Shown here piece after piece: positions 1-12,614 of a DNA stretch of 64,000 nucleotides; positions within the stretch are counted from its first letter, which is position 1; every line of letters begins with the position of its first letter. The stretch lies in the NCBI GenBank assembly GCA_964016885.1, contig OZ024741.1:294872001-294936000 (forward strand). Direction: 5' to 3'. This DNA comes from Eledone cirrhosa. Its lineage: Eukaryota. Position numbers and translations under genes: made by a program. The notes under the pieces were generated by a model. The model saw only the letters and a list, made by a program, of their open reading frames with translations. It did not search any database and was not told the origin of the DNA.

Positions 1-9
1 TTCCATTAT

Positions 10-63
<54 letters not shown>

Positions 64-67
64 GTAT

Positions 68-117
<50 letters not shown>

Positions 118-357
118 GTATAAATATATATATGTATATGTATAAATATATATATGTATATGTATAAATATATATATGTATATGTATAAATATATATATG
201 TATATGTATATGTATAAATATATATATGTATATATATATGTATATGTATAAATATATATATATATATATATATGTATATGTATAAATATATATGTATATA
301 TATATATGTATATGTATAAATATATATGTATATATATATATGTATATGTATATATAT

Positions 358-543
358 ATATTGTTATACTTTGGGAAAACACACGCACCAGTTGCTTTCA
401 CTTCAATTTATTATATATTTATAAATTTACAAATCTACAAACTTATTGTTTCTTATTGGCAACATGACCCTCCCAAAGTATAACAATATCGGTTTCAACA
501 CACGATTTCAGATAAAGAATCTTGCTAAACAAATTCAGAAACG

Positions 544-544
<1 letters not shown>
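358..544. mobile_element. Miniature fold-back insertion of the Penelope-like family (two inverted terminal fragments only)
   Basis: 358-446 matches the minus-strand PLE terminus seen at 3481-3590 and 18665-18780 (with a deletion). 447-544 matches the plus-strand terminus at 19863-19960. Flanked by (TA)n on both sides. Confidence 0.9.
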
Positions 545-570
<26 letters not shown>

Positions 571-574
<4 letters not shown>

Positions 575-2750
575 CTTGCCATCACCGACACTGATACATA
601 CTTGCCATCACCGACACTGATAAGAAGGTAGCTTGGAAGTGTCACTATGAAAGACTACTAAATGAGGAGAATAAATGGGAGAAAGACAGTCTCCCCCATA
701 TCGACCCGATAGAGGGACCAGCAGTGTTAGTCGAGGGGAGTATAATAAGTAAGGCAATCAAGGATATGAAGACGGGTAAGGCGGCTGGGCCTTCGGAAAT
801 AGTTGCTGAGATGCTGAAGGCATCTGGCACGGTGGGACACACCATGGTCACCCGCATAGTTAACCAAGTCGTACAGAATGGGGTTGTTCCGAAGGACTGG
901 CATAGCAGCATCATCGTTAACTGTTATAAGGGTAAAGGAGACGCCCTAGATAGGAGTAACTATAGAGGCATTAAATTAATCGACCAGGTCATGAAGGTCA
1001 CGGAAAAAGTAATAGCGCAACTAATCAGAGAGAGAATTGACCTAGATGAAATGCAGTTCGGGTTTGTGTCAGGCAAAAGCACCACAGACGCTCTTTTCAT
1101 AGTACGACAACTACAGGAGAAGTACCTAGCTAAAGGTAAACCCCTCTACTTAGCTTTTGTCGACCTGGAGAAAGCCTTCGACAGAGTCCCCCGCTCCATT
1201 ATCTGGTGGGCTCTTAGAAAACTAGGCGTTGACGAATGGCTTGTGAGGGCTATACAAGCCATGTATAAAGAAACAGTCAGCAAGGTTAGAATTAACAACG
1301 AATATAGTGAAGAGTTTAGCGTAAAAGTTGGCGTCCATCAGGGCTCTGTTCTCAGCCCCCTACTATTTATTATTGCCCTTCAGGCTATAACAGAGGAGTT
1401 CAAGACAGGCTGCCCATGGGAACTCCTATACGCAGACGACCTGATACTCATAGCGGAATCAATGGCCGAGCTAGAGAAGAAATTCCAAACATGAAAGCAC
1501 GGCCTAGAGTCAAAAGGACTTAAAATTAACCTGGCTAAGACCAAAGTTCTAGTTTGTAGGAAAGAAAACAAGGCGGCGGTCCCTTCTGGGAAATGGTCGT
1601 GCTCGGTATGTAGGAAAGGCGTAGGTAGAAACTCCATTTTATGTCCTAAATGCAAAGTATGGGTGCATAAAAGATGTAGTGGGATCACAGGTAAGCTAAC
1701 TAAGAACATAGACTTTACATGTGGCCGGTGTTCTGGTGCAATAAGTAGCAGCAAGTGCCCACAAAATACTAGCTCTTTCAATTGCGCAGAGGGTTCTATA
1801 GAAATAGTGGACAGCTTCCGTTACCTGGGCGATAAAATCAGCAGTGGGGGAGGGTGCTCTGAAAGTACTGTAGCTAGAGTCAGAACTGGTTGGAAAAAGT
1901 TCAGAGAGCTTATACCACTATTAGCCGCTAAAGGGTTCTCCCTAAAAATGAAAGGCAGGTTGTACGATGCCTGCATACGAACAGCAATGTTGCATGGTAG
2001 TGAGACCTGGGCATTGTGTGCAGAGGATATACGCAGACTAGAGAGGAATGAAGCTTGCATGCTCCGCTGGATGTGTAACAGTAATATACGTGAACGGCAA
2101 AGCATAAACGAACTAAGGAAAAAATTAGAGATAAGAGGGATCAGATGTTTACTCGAGAGAAGGCTACGTTGGTATGGACACGTGATGCGCATGAAAGTCG
2201 ATAGCTGTATAACAAAGTGCAGGGCAATAAAGATAGACGGTAGCCACGGAATAGGCAGACCTAGAAAAACATGGGATGAGCTGATAAACTCCGACCTCAC
2301 ACACTTACACCTCTCCAAGACAATGTCACTGGACCGAGACCTTTGGCGGTACTCAGTAACAGAGAAGACCCGCCTTGCCAGTAGGCATCTCTAACAAAAT
2401 ACACCCCGTCCCGCCACCCCCCCCACCCTATCCACACCACCCCGTTCTATGTAAAGTTATGTTGGTGCCGCGCCATCCAGGCCGAAACAAATGAGATCGT
2501 GTAGGTGTCACGACAAAAAAACACACAGTCCACGCTGTAATGTGGCCGTGTAGGCAACACGGTAAAAACCTCCCAGACCCACACTGTAAATGTGGTTGGT
2601 GTTAGGAAGGGCAGCCAACTGTAGAAAACCTGCCAGACAGTCCTATGCGAGCAAGACAATCACTCTTGCATCATGTGGGACTACCCCCGTCCAAACCTAT
2701 GCAAGCGTGGAACACGGACGTTAAACGTTGATGATGATGATGATGATGAT
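571..2750 (+). mobile_element. RTE-clade LINE, family A, 5'-truncated pseudogenised copy (RT, PHD-like finger, 3'UTR, (GAT)n tail)
   Basis: ORFs 724-1494 and 1663-2394 carry [35 protein letters not shown] and FRYLG. A TGG>TGA stop lies at 1492-1494 relative to the copy at 58177-60570. Ends ...cggacgttaaacgtt(gat)n. 26-bp tandem duplication at the 5' junction (571-596/597-622). Confidence 0.95.
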
Positions 2751-2767
2751 ATATGTATATATATATG

Positions 2768-2798
<31 letters not shown>

Positions 2799-2872
2799 GT
2801 ATATATATGTATATGTATATATATATGTATATATATATGTATATATATATGTACATATGTATGTATATGTAT

Positions 2873-2904
<32 letters not shown>

Positions 2905-3067
2905 GTATATATATATGTATATATATATATGTATATATATATGTATATGTATAAATATATATGTATATGTATAAATATATATGTATATGTATATATATGT
3001 ATATATATATATATGTATATATATATGTATATATATATGTATATATATATATATGTATATATATATG

Positions 3068-3132
<65 letters not shown>

Positions 3133-3639
3133 GTATATATATATATGTATATGTATATATATATATGTATATATATATATATGTATATATATATGTATAT
3201 GTATAAATATATATGTATATGTATAAATATATATGTATATGTATATATATGTATATGTATATATATGTATATGTATATATATGTATATGTATATATATGT
3301 ATATATATATATATGTATATATATATATGTATATATATATGTATATATATATATATATGTATATATATATGTATATATATATGTATATATATATATATAT
3401 GTATATATATATGTATATATATATGTCGTTTCTGAATTTGTTTAGCAAGATTCTTTATCTGAAATCGTGTGTTGAAACCGATATTGTTATACTTTGGGAG
3501 GGTCATGTTGCCAATAAGAAACACACGCACCAGTTGCTTTCACTTCAATTTAATTTAATATATATTTATAAATTTACAAATTTATAAATTTCTGGTTGGT
3601 TGGTTGGTTCCACAACCAGATAGTTGTTTATATATATAT

Positions 3640-3684
3640 AGTCATAGTTCTTTCGTCACACACTCTGTGACCTCTTCAGTGACT
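3640..3684 (-). ncRNA. Minimal type I hammerhead ribozyme motif, family H1 (PLE pLTR)
   Basis: Reverse complement of 6800-6844. Confidence 0.8.
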
Positions 3685-3963
3685 GGGGATTTCTTTCTTC
3701 GTTTCTGTGCCTTTCCTTTCTTCTATCCTACGCCATTTTGTTTGTGTGTGGGTTGCGTGCTCAGTTTGCGCATGCGTCACATCCGGGTGTCTGTGTGTGT
3801 TTGTGTTCATTTTTCTATTTTTCTATTTATATTTGTTTGTTTATTTATTTATTTATTGTTGGTTGGTTGTTTGTTCTATGTGTGTGTGTGTTTTCATTTT
3901 GTCTTGTGTGTGTTTTCAATTGTAAGTTGTTTATATATGTGTGTGTGTGTTTTCATTTTGTCC

Positions 3964-5520
3964 TTAATTGTAAGTTGTGATGTTGCTGTTCCACTCATAT
4001 TTTCTATTTAATTTTGGTTTTAATTCTTTTATGCTTACTGCCTCTGTAATTTGCCTAAACATTGCGTCTTTCTTGTGTGTGGATTCTATTTTTATTTCTA
4101 TGCTCTCTAATTTACCCCTGTGTTCTATCTTAGCATGTTGGTAGAGCACAAATGATTCTTTACTATCTTGGAGGTCTCGCCAGTGTTCATTTATTCGTTC
4201 CCCTATACTACGAGCTGTCTCACCTATGTACACTATATTTTTGTTTCTACATTGTCCCTCAGTACATCTTATGCTATATACTACATTTCTAGTTTTACAG
4301 TTAATATGGGGGCTTATTTTACAGGTTATACATTTCTTATCTATACATGAGGGTCTTTGGAACGGGTATGTCTTGCTAATAAGTGTTTTTACGGAGGTAC
4401 CAGGTCTTTCTACTATCTTAATATTGAGATTATGTTTCTTTAGGGCCCTTCTAAATTTGTAGGCTAGTTCACCTCTAGGGGTTGTATTGATGAACATTAC
4501 ACTCTGGTATTTATTGCTATCATACCATGAGTTTATTCTATTGGCCTTGTTCTTAGTTCTTTCTATTCTATTCCAAAATTTGCTCCTATACAAGGGGCAG
4601 GTCCCATTTATGTCATTATTTACCATTTTTTCCCATTTGGTTCTGGCTCCTTTATACACTCTGATTCTATCTCTCTGATTGTAGCCAGAGAACTGCATAC
4701 GGTGGATGAAGTGTTGTATGTGTCTCTCTAGTTCTTCGGGGTTGCACATGCGGGACACATTTCTCATCACCCGTATCAAATCCGCAATCAGTATGTTGAT
4801 TTTGGTATGGTCCGAAATGGCCGAGTTTCGGTGGATCAGATGTTTGGAAGTCATGGGTTTGGCATAATGGGAATGGAGGATTTGTTTTTGGTTGTTAATA
4901 GTATCTAACCAGAGCTCTGTGTCTAGTACAGGTAATCGATGGTTGGGGTGTCTACTTGGGTAGTCTATAGTAACTCTAATGCTCTGGTGGATGGAGTTTG
5001 CTATTTGCTGGATGCTTTCCATTGTGTTTTTCTCAGGTTCCTGACTGTTCTTTAGTGGGGGTGTCTTAACTACGATGTTTATATCATCTACGTAGCGGGA
5101 GTACATTATCAGGGTTAATCTGTCTTCTAATTGTTCTTTAAGTTTTTGTTTAAGTCTACTGTCCCACCATACCATGAACAAGTTAGCTATGTCGCCTGCA
5201 ATGCTAACACCAATGGCTGCTCCTTCCTCTTGGGCATATGTTTTACCATTAAATTTGAACATATGTTCCTTAAGGGTTAATTTTATGCTGGCCCCTACCG
5301 CATGTGCAATCATTTTCTTCAGTTCATCGTGGTTTTCGGGTGTCCGTATGGCTCTGGTCCACCCGTTCCATCTATCTGTGTGGGTTTTCTTGGCCATTGA
5401 GGTAATGGTAGGTGGTCTGCCTCTAGCTGGTCTTGTAGGGCACAGGTTGCTAAGGTCATAAGTGTCTAGGTAACTATTACTATGGGTAAGCTTAAGTAGA
5501 AGTCCCAGCTCACTGGTATC
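3964..5520 (-). CDS. Penelope-like RT + GIY-YIG endonuclease (5'-truncated ORF; the first ~24 codons of track ORF 3964-5592 come from the inverted arm)
   Basis: FKFNGKTYAQEEGAAIG (PLE RT motif B), YSRYVDD (catalytic), LPVLD, Cys-rich linker CIDKKCITC...C, NVVYSIRC...YIGETARSIGERINEH (GIY-YIG), RQITEA...LN. Confidence 0.93.
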   Translation of the reverse strand, partial: DTSELGLLLKLTHSNSYLDTYDLSNLCPTRPARGRPPTITSMAKKTHTDRWNGWTRAIRTPENHDELKKMIAHAVGASIKLTLKEHMFKFNGKTYAQEEGAAIGVSIAGDIANLFMVWWDSRLKQKLKEQLEDRLTLIMYSRYVDDINIVVKTPPLKNSQEPEKNTMESIQQIANSIHQSIRVTIDYPSRHPNHRLPVLDTELWLDTINNQKQILHSHYAKPMTSKHLIHRNSAISDHTKINILIADLIRVMRNVSRMCNPEELERHIQHFIHRMQFSGYNQRDRIRVYKGARTKWEKMVNNDINGTCPLYRSKFWNRIERTKNKANRINSWYDSNKYQSVMFINTTPRGELAYKFRRALKKHNLNIKIVERPGTSVKTLISKTYPFQRPSCIDKKCITCKISPHINCKTRNVVYSIRCTEGQCRNKNIVYIGETARSIGERINEHWRDLQDSKESFVLYQHAKIEHRGKLESIEIKIESTHKKDAMFRQITEAVSIKELKPKLNRKYEWNSNITTYN

Positions 5521-5629
5521 AATCCCACGTAGACACCCCAACCATCGATTACCTGTACTAGACACAGAGCTCTGGTTAGATACTATTAACAACCAAAAAC
5601 AAATCCTCCATTCCCATTATGCCAAACCC

Positions 5630-6520
5630 ATGACTTCCAAACATCTGATCCACCGAAACTCGGCCATTTCGGACCATACCAAAATCAACATACTGATTGC
5701 GGATTTGATACGGGTGATGAGAAATGTGTCCCGCATGTGCAACCCCGAAGAACTAGAGAGACACATACAACACTTCATCCACCGTATGCAGTTCTCTGGC
5801 TACAATCAGAGAGATAGAATCAGAGTGTATAAAGGAGCCAGAACCAAATGGGAAAAAATGGTAAATAATGACATAAATGGGACCTGCCCCTTGTATAGGA
5901 GCAAATTTTGGAATAGAATAGAAAGAACTAAGAACAAGGCCAATAGAATAAACTCATGGTATGATAGCAATAAATACCAGAGTGTAATGTTCATCAATAC
6001 AACCCCTAGAGGTGAACTAGCCTACAAATTTAGAAGGGCCCTAAAGAAACATAATCTCAATATTAAGATAGTAGAAAGACCTGGTACCTCCGTAAAAACA
6101 CTTATTAGCAAGACATACCCGTTCCAAAGACCCTCATGTATAGATAAGAAATGTATAACCTGTAAAATAAGCCCCCATATTAACTGTAAAACTAGAAATG
6201 TAGTATATAGCATAAGATGTACTGAGGGACAATGTAGAAACAAAAATATAGTGTACATAGGTGAGACAGCTCGTAGTATAGGGGAACGAATAAATGAACA
6301 CTGGCGAGACCTCCAAGATAGTAAAGAATCATCTGTGCTCTACCAACATGCTAAGATAGAACACAGGGGTAAATTAGAGAGCATAGAAATAAAAATAGAA
6401 TCCACACACAAGAAAGACGCAATGTTTAGGCAAATTACAGAGGCAGTAAGCATAAAAGAATTAAAACCAAAATTAAATAGAAAATATGAGTGGAACAGCA
6501 ACATCACAACTTACAATTAA
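5630..6520 (+). CDS. Duplicated C-terminal part (thumb, linker, GIY-YIG) of the Penelope-like ORF
   Basis: Protein identical to the C-terminus of the minus-strand ORF except ESS vs ESF. It lacks the RT catalytic core. Confidence 0.85.
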   Translation: MTSKHLIHRNSAISDHTKINILIADLIRVMRNVSRMCNPEELERHIQHFIHRMQFSGYNQRDRIRVYKGARTKWEKMVNNDINGTCPLYRSKFWNRIERTKNKANRINSWYDSNKYQSVMFINTTPRGELAYKFRRALKKHNLNIKIVERPGTSVKTLISKTYPFQRPSCIDKKCITCKISPHINCKTRNVVYSIRCTEGQCRNKNIVYIGETARSIGERINEHWRDLQDSKESSVLYQHAKIEHRGKLESIEIKIESTHKKDAMFRQITEAVSIKELKPKLNRKYEWNSNITTYN

Positions 6521-6697
6521 GGACAAAATGAAAACACACACACACATATATAAACAACTTACAATTGAAAACACACACAAGACAAAATGAAAACACACAC
6601 ACACATAGAACAAACAACCAACCAACAATAAATAAATAAATAAACAAACAAATATAAATAGAAAAATAGAAAAATGAACACAAACACACACAGACAC

Positions 6698-6753
6698 CCG
6701 GATGTGACGCATGCGCAAACTGAGCACGCAACCCACACACAAACAAAATGGCG
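6698..6753 (+). promoter_or_regulatory. Putative PLE pLTR promoter cassette: ETS-like, NRF1-like and YY1-like motifs
   Basis: CCGGATGT (6698-6705), ACGCATGCGCA (6707-6717; perfect GCGCATGCGC in the copy near 19211), AAAATGGCG (6745-6753), just upstream of the hammerhead. Confidence 0.5.
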
Positions 6754-6799
6754 TAGGATAGAAGAAAGGAAAGGCACAGAAACGAAGAAAGAAATCCCC

Positions 6800-6844
6800 A
6801 GTCACTGAAGAGGTCACAGAGTGTGTGACGAAAGAACTATGACT
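6800..6844 (+). ncRNA. Minimal type I hammerhead ribozyme motif, family H1 (PLE pLTR)
   Basis: AGUCA-CUGAAGA-G-GUCACA gagug UGUGAC-GAAA-GAAC-UA-UGACU: 5-bp stem I, conserved core, 6-bp stem II, minimal stem III, CUA cleavage triplet. Hammerheads in PLE pLTRs are established. Confidence 0.8.
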
Positions 6845-7071
6845 ATATATATATAAACAACTATCTGGTTGTGGAACCAACCAACCAACCAGAAATTTAT
6901 AAATTTGTAAATTTATAAATATATATTAAATTAAATTGAAGTGAAAGCAACTGGTGCGTGTGTTTCTTATTGGCAACATGACCCTCCCAAAGTATAACAA
7001 TATATATATATGTATATATATATATATATGTATATATATATGTATATATATGTATATGTATATATATATGT

Positions 7072-7139
<68 letters not shown>

Positions 7140-7580
7140 GTATATATATGTATATGTATATATATATATGTATATATATATGTATATATATATGTATATA
7201 TATATGTATATATATATGTATATATATGTATATATATATGTATATGTATATGTATATGTATATATATATATATATGTATATATATATGTATATATATATG
7301 TATATATATATGTATATATATATGTATATGTATATATATATGTATATATATATGTATATATATATGTATATATATATATATGTATATATATATGTATATA
7401 TATATGTATATATATATGTATATATATATGTATATGTATATATATATATGTATATATATATATATGTATATATATATGTATATATATATGTATATATATA
7501 TGTATATATATATGTATATATATATGTATATATGTATATGTATATATATGTATATATATATATGTAGATATATATGTATA

Positions 7581-8450
7581 TATCACTGCTCTACACCAAC
7601 ACCAAAGCCCAAGTCATTACACCTGATGGGATGACAGAGTTCTTTGAGGTACTGGCTGGAGTGCTCCAGGGAGATACATTGGCTCCCTACCTTTTTATCA
7701 TTGTAGTGGACTATTGTATGCGCCTTGCACTGGAGAAACACCAGGACTCTGGCTTTACTGTGGCACCGGCTCAGAGCAGGAGAGTTAGGGCGAAAAAGGT
7801 ATCGGATGCTGAATTTGCCGACGACATAGCTTTGGTGACAAATACAGTGAAGGAGGCAGAGGATTTGATGCGGGAGGTTGAGACTGTGTCGATGAGTGTG
7901 GGGCTGAGAATGAATGAGACTAAAACAAAATTTCTGGTAGAGAATGTTGAGAAGCCAGAGGGGATCACTAATGTAGGTGGGAAGCCGCTGGAATTGTTGA
8001 GGACTTCCTGTATTTGAGAGTAAAGATTACGAATGTAGATATATATGTATATATCACTGCTCTACACCAACACCAAAGCCCAAGTCATTACACCTGATGG
8101 GATGACAGAGTTCTTTGAGGTACTGGCTGGAGTGCTCCAGGGAGATACATTGGCTCCCTACCTTTTTATCATTGTAGTGGACTATATACGGAAGATGATG
8201 TGGTTGAGAGGAAGAGCAAGGCCTGGGCGGCTTGCCACAGCTTGAGATCGGTGTGGAATTCGGACCTTCGTAGAGACCTGAAAATCCGCCTCTTCATTGC
8301 TGTAGTGGAGTCTGTGCTGCTGTATGGGTCTGAGACTTGGACACTGACCAAGAGACTCCCTCAGATGGTGGATGGGTGCTACACGAGAATGCTGAGGATG
8401 GCTCTGAACATTAATCAGTATACACTGAGGATGAAAAACTCAGAGCTGTA
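7581..8450 (+). mobile_element. RTE-clade LINE, family D, internal RT fragment with a 151-bp templated self-insertion
   Basis: [38 protein letters not shown]. 8035-8185 duplicates 7564-7714. Confidence 0.85.
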
Positions 8451-8498
8451 TATATATGTATATATATGTATATATATATGTATATATATGTATATATG

Positions 8499-8591
<93 letters not shown>

Positions 8592-8624
8592 ATACATATA
8601 TATATATTTATATATATATATATT

Positions 8625-8660
<36 letters not shown>

Positions 8661-8957
8661 CATATATATATATTTATATATATACATATATATATATTTA
8701 TATATATACATATATATATATTTATATATATACATATATATATTTATATATATACATATATATATATTTATATATATACATATATATATATATTTATATA
8801 TATACATATATATATATATTTATATATATACATATATATATATATTTATATATATACATATATATATATTTATATATATACATATATATATATTTATATA
8901 TATACATATATATATATTTATATATATACAAATATATATATATATATATACACATAC

Positions 8958-9030
<73 letters not shown>

Positions 9031-9033
9031 CAC

Positions 9034-9200
<167 letters not shown>

Positions 9201-9207
9201 CATATAT

Positions 9208-9496
9208 CATCATCATCATCATCATTTCATTTTACGTCCGCTTTTCCCTGCTTGCAAGGGTGGGACGGGAACTGATTCTGGCTTGATTTCTACAGCTGGA
9301 TGCCCTTCCTAACACCAACCTCATTTACAGTGAGTGCTGGGTGCTTTTTTGCCGTGGCACGTCCACGACCACTTTACAGTGGAATGATAGGGACCCCAGT
9401 CCCTATCATCTCATTTCTACAGCTGAGTAAACTGGAGCAATGTGAAATAAAGTGTCTTGCTCAAGGAAACAACAGTGTCTTGCTCAAGGAAACAAC
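9208..9496 (-). mobile_element. 5'-truncated SINE (same family as 17433-17770) with RTE-type (GAT)n tail
   Basis: Near-identical to 17433-17693. 23-bp tandem duplication at the truncation point (9451-9473/9474-9496). Confidence 0.88.
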
Positions 9497-9516
9497 ATAT
9501 ATATATATATATACAC

Positions 9517-9548
<32 letters not shown>

Positions 9549-10303
9549 CTCAAGCTGTGACACGCCGCCCAGGCCTTGCTCTTTCTCTCAACCACATCAT
9601 CTTCCGTATTCCCAATCTTTGCTCCCAAATACAGGAAGTCCTCAACCAATTCCAGCGGCTTCCCGCCTACATTAGTGATCCCCTCTGGCTTCTCAACATT
9701 CTCTACCAGATATTTTGTTTTAGTCTCATTCATTCTCAGCCCCACACTCATCGACCCAGTCTCAACCTCCCGCATCAAATCCTCTGCCTCCTTCACTGTA
9801 TTTGTCACCAAAACTATGTCGTCGGCAAATTCAGCATCCGATACCTTTTTCGCCCCAACTCTCCTGAAAATCCGCCTCTTCATTGCTGTAGTGGAGTCTG
9901 TGCTGCTGTATGGGTCTGAGACTTGGACACTGACCAAGAGACTCCCTCAGATGGTGGATGGGTGCTACACGAGAATGCTGAGGATGGCTCTGAACATTAA
10001 TCAGTATACACTGAGGATGAAAAACTCAGAGCTGTATGGGAGCATCCCAAAAGTCAGCTCAAAAGTGACACAGAGGAGACCGAGGTTGGCTGGACATGCT
10101 CACCGACATCCAGAGTTGACATTGCACTCAGTGCTCCTTTGGGAGCCCCTACATGGACACACTAGAAGAGGAAGACCAAGGTTAACATATGTTGATGCCC
10201 TAAGGACAGACACTGGTCTGTTGGAGATGCAGGATATGGCAGCGATAATGAGGGACAGAGACCGCTGGAGGGATCTCGGGAATTTTACCAGCCTTAGATA
10301 GAT

Positions 10304-10308
<5 letters not shown>
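9549..10308 (+). mobile_element. RTE-clade LINE, family D, 3' end with 5' inversion (twin-priming structure) and (TAGA)n tail
   Basis: 9549-9866 is an antisense RT segment. 9863-10308 is sense (LAGHAHRH...LLWEP...GRPRLTY). Junction microhomology CCTG. Confidence 0.88.
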
Positions 10309-10344
<36 letters not shown>

Positions 10345-10423
10345 TATATATATATATACACATATATATATATATACACACATATATATATATATATATA
10401 CACATATATATATATATATACAC

Positions 10424-10454
<31 letters not shown>

Positions 10455-10482
10455 TATATATATATTTATATACACACATATA

Positions 10483-10534
<52 letters not shown>

Positions 10535-10554
10535 CACATATATATATATATATT

Positions 10555-10657
<103 letters not shown>

Positions 10658-10716
10658 ATATATGTGTATATATATATATATGTATATATGTATATATACA
10701 TATATGTATATATGTA

Positions 10717-11270
10717 TTAAGGCAGGGGGGAAGAAAAAATGGCTTCACTTGTGCTTTCGACAAATTTATTTTCTTCACAAAATCCAAAAGAATATTTTTC
10801 CTGGATTAGAAAAAAATTCTTTTTCTTGAAAAAAATTATTTTATAAATTAAGTTAGGTCTTAGGAGTTCTTGGTTAAAGTAGGAGGTATTGTTTCGTTTT
10901 TAGAACGACCTTTCACGCTGAGGTGCGCTTGTCAAACTGATGTGTATGTGGTGTGTTGTTCTATATATAGGGATTTAACATGTCTGTGGTGTGGTGGGGG
11001 TTTTTTTCTCCCCCTTTTAATAAGTGTATGTGTGTAGGTGTGTTGAAAAAGTGTTAATAGCAGTAATGAGTTGAGATGGTGAGTAGGGTTGGGTGGGGAG
11101 AAATGTAGCAAGTGCGGCCTGCCCCGGTCATTCTCGAAAAATTCCTTTATTCAGGGGATTCCTTTGTGTTGAGAATGGTCGCAGGCAAATCGCACCTGCC
11201 AAGTTTGTAAACAATTATTTTTTTTTGAAGAATTTTTCTACGTCCATCCCAAAATTAGTCCTTTGTTCAA
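10717..11270 (-). mobile_element. Degraded probable PLE 3' fragment with decayed hammerhead-like relics
   Basis: Non-TA island within TA. The minus strand has TTGACAA-GCGC acctca GCGT-GAAA-GGTCG-TT at ~10900-10942, a mutated hammerhead layout. Only weak coding resemblance. Confidence 0.35.
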
Positions 11271-11662
11271 CACACACATATGTGCGCATATACGTACATA
11301 CACACACGGGCATATGTAGGAATATATAGGCACACACCATCAATCACACACCCATGTACATATACATCCACATACATACACAAAAACATATAAAGACACA
11401 TATAAAAACACATATACACATACGTACACACACGAATATGTACTCATACCTCCACATGGGTATATATATATATACACATACATACATATACATACATATA
11501 CACACATAAAGATACATAACTAAATATACATATATACCCATACACGCACACACACACACACACACACACACGTGTACACATATATATATATATATAAGTA
11601 TATATATGTATATATACATACATATGTATATATATAAGTATATATACATACATATGTATATA

Positions 11663-11694
<32 letters not shown>

Positions 11695-11702
11695 CATATA
11701 TT

Positions 11703-11800
<98 letters not shown>

Positions 11801-11807
11801 TATATAC

Positions 11808-11886
<79 letters not shown>

Positions 11887-11922
11887 CATATGTGTATATA
11901 TATATATATATATGCATATGTG

Positions 11923-11960
<38 letters not shown>

Positions 11961-11974
11961 CATATGCATATGTG

Positions 11975-12012
<38 letters not shown>

Positions 12013-12013
12013 C

Positions 12014-12549
<536 letters not shown>

Positions 12550-12614
12550 GTATATATATATATATATATATAAATATATATATATGTATTACCTCATGTA
12601 CCTTCTCCTCCGCT

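Larger units (their letters stand above)
3426..7003. mobile_element. Penelope-like retroelement (Neptune-like RT, Cys linker, C-terminal GIY-YIG) as an inverted-repeat insertion: minus-strand 5'-truncated copy 3426-5523 fused to plus-strand copy 5524-7003
   Basis: Arms 3481-4960 and 5524-7003 are colinear reverse complements (paired coordinates sum to 10484 at the junction, the stop codon and the ribozyme). (TA)n lies on both sides. Confidence 0.95.

Noticed and set aside
645-2318. Antisense ORFs overlapping RTE and PLE ORFs (also 12661-15078, 58253-60452)
   Set aside because: Shadow frames of RT coding sequence with no recognisable motifs.
2405-2445. G-quadruplex-like tract in the RTE-A 3'UTR (and 49237-49410)
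   Set aside because: G-runs are antisense to the element and there is no evidence of function beyond low complexity.
3450-3490. ctgaaatcgtgtgttgaaaccg as a second hammerhead in the PLE tail
   Set aside because: No CUGANGA core and no NUH or stem III; it is antisense to the putative ORF start.
3604-4011. Hydrophobic 135-aa ORF resembling a membrane protein (also 6473-6880, 18975-19307)
   Set aside because: Antisense translation of the AC-rich PLE 3'UTR.
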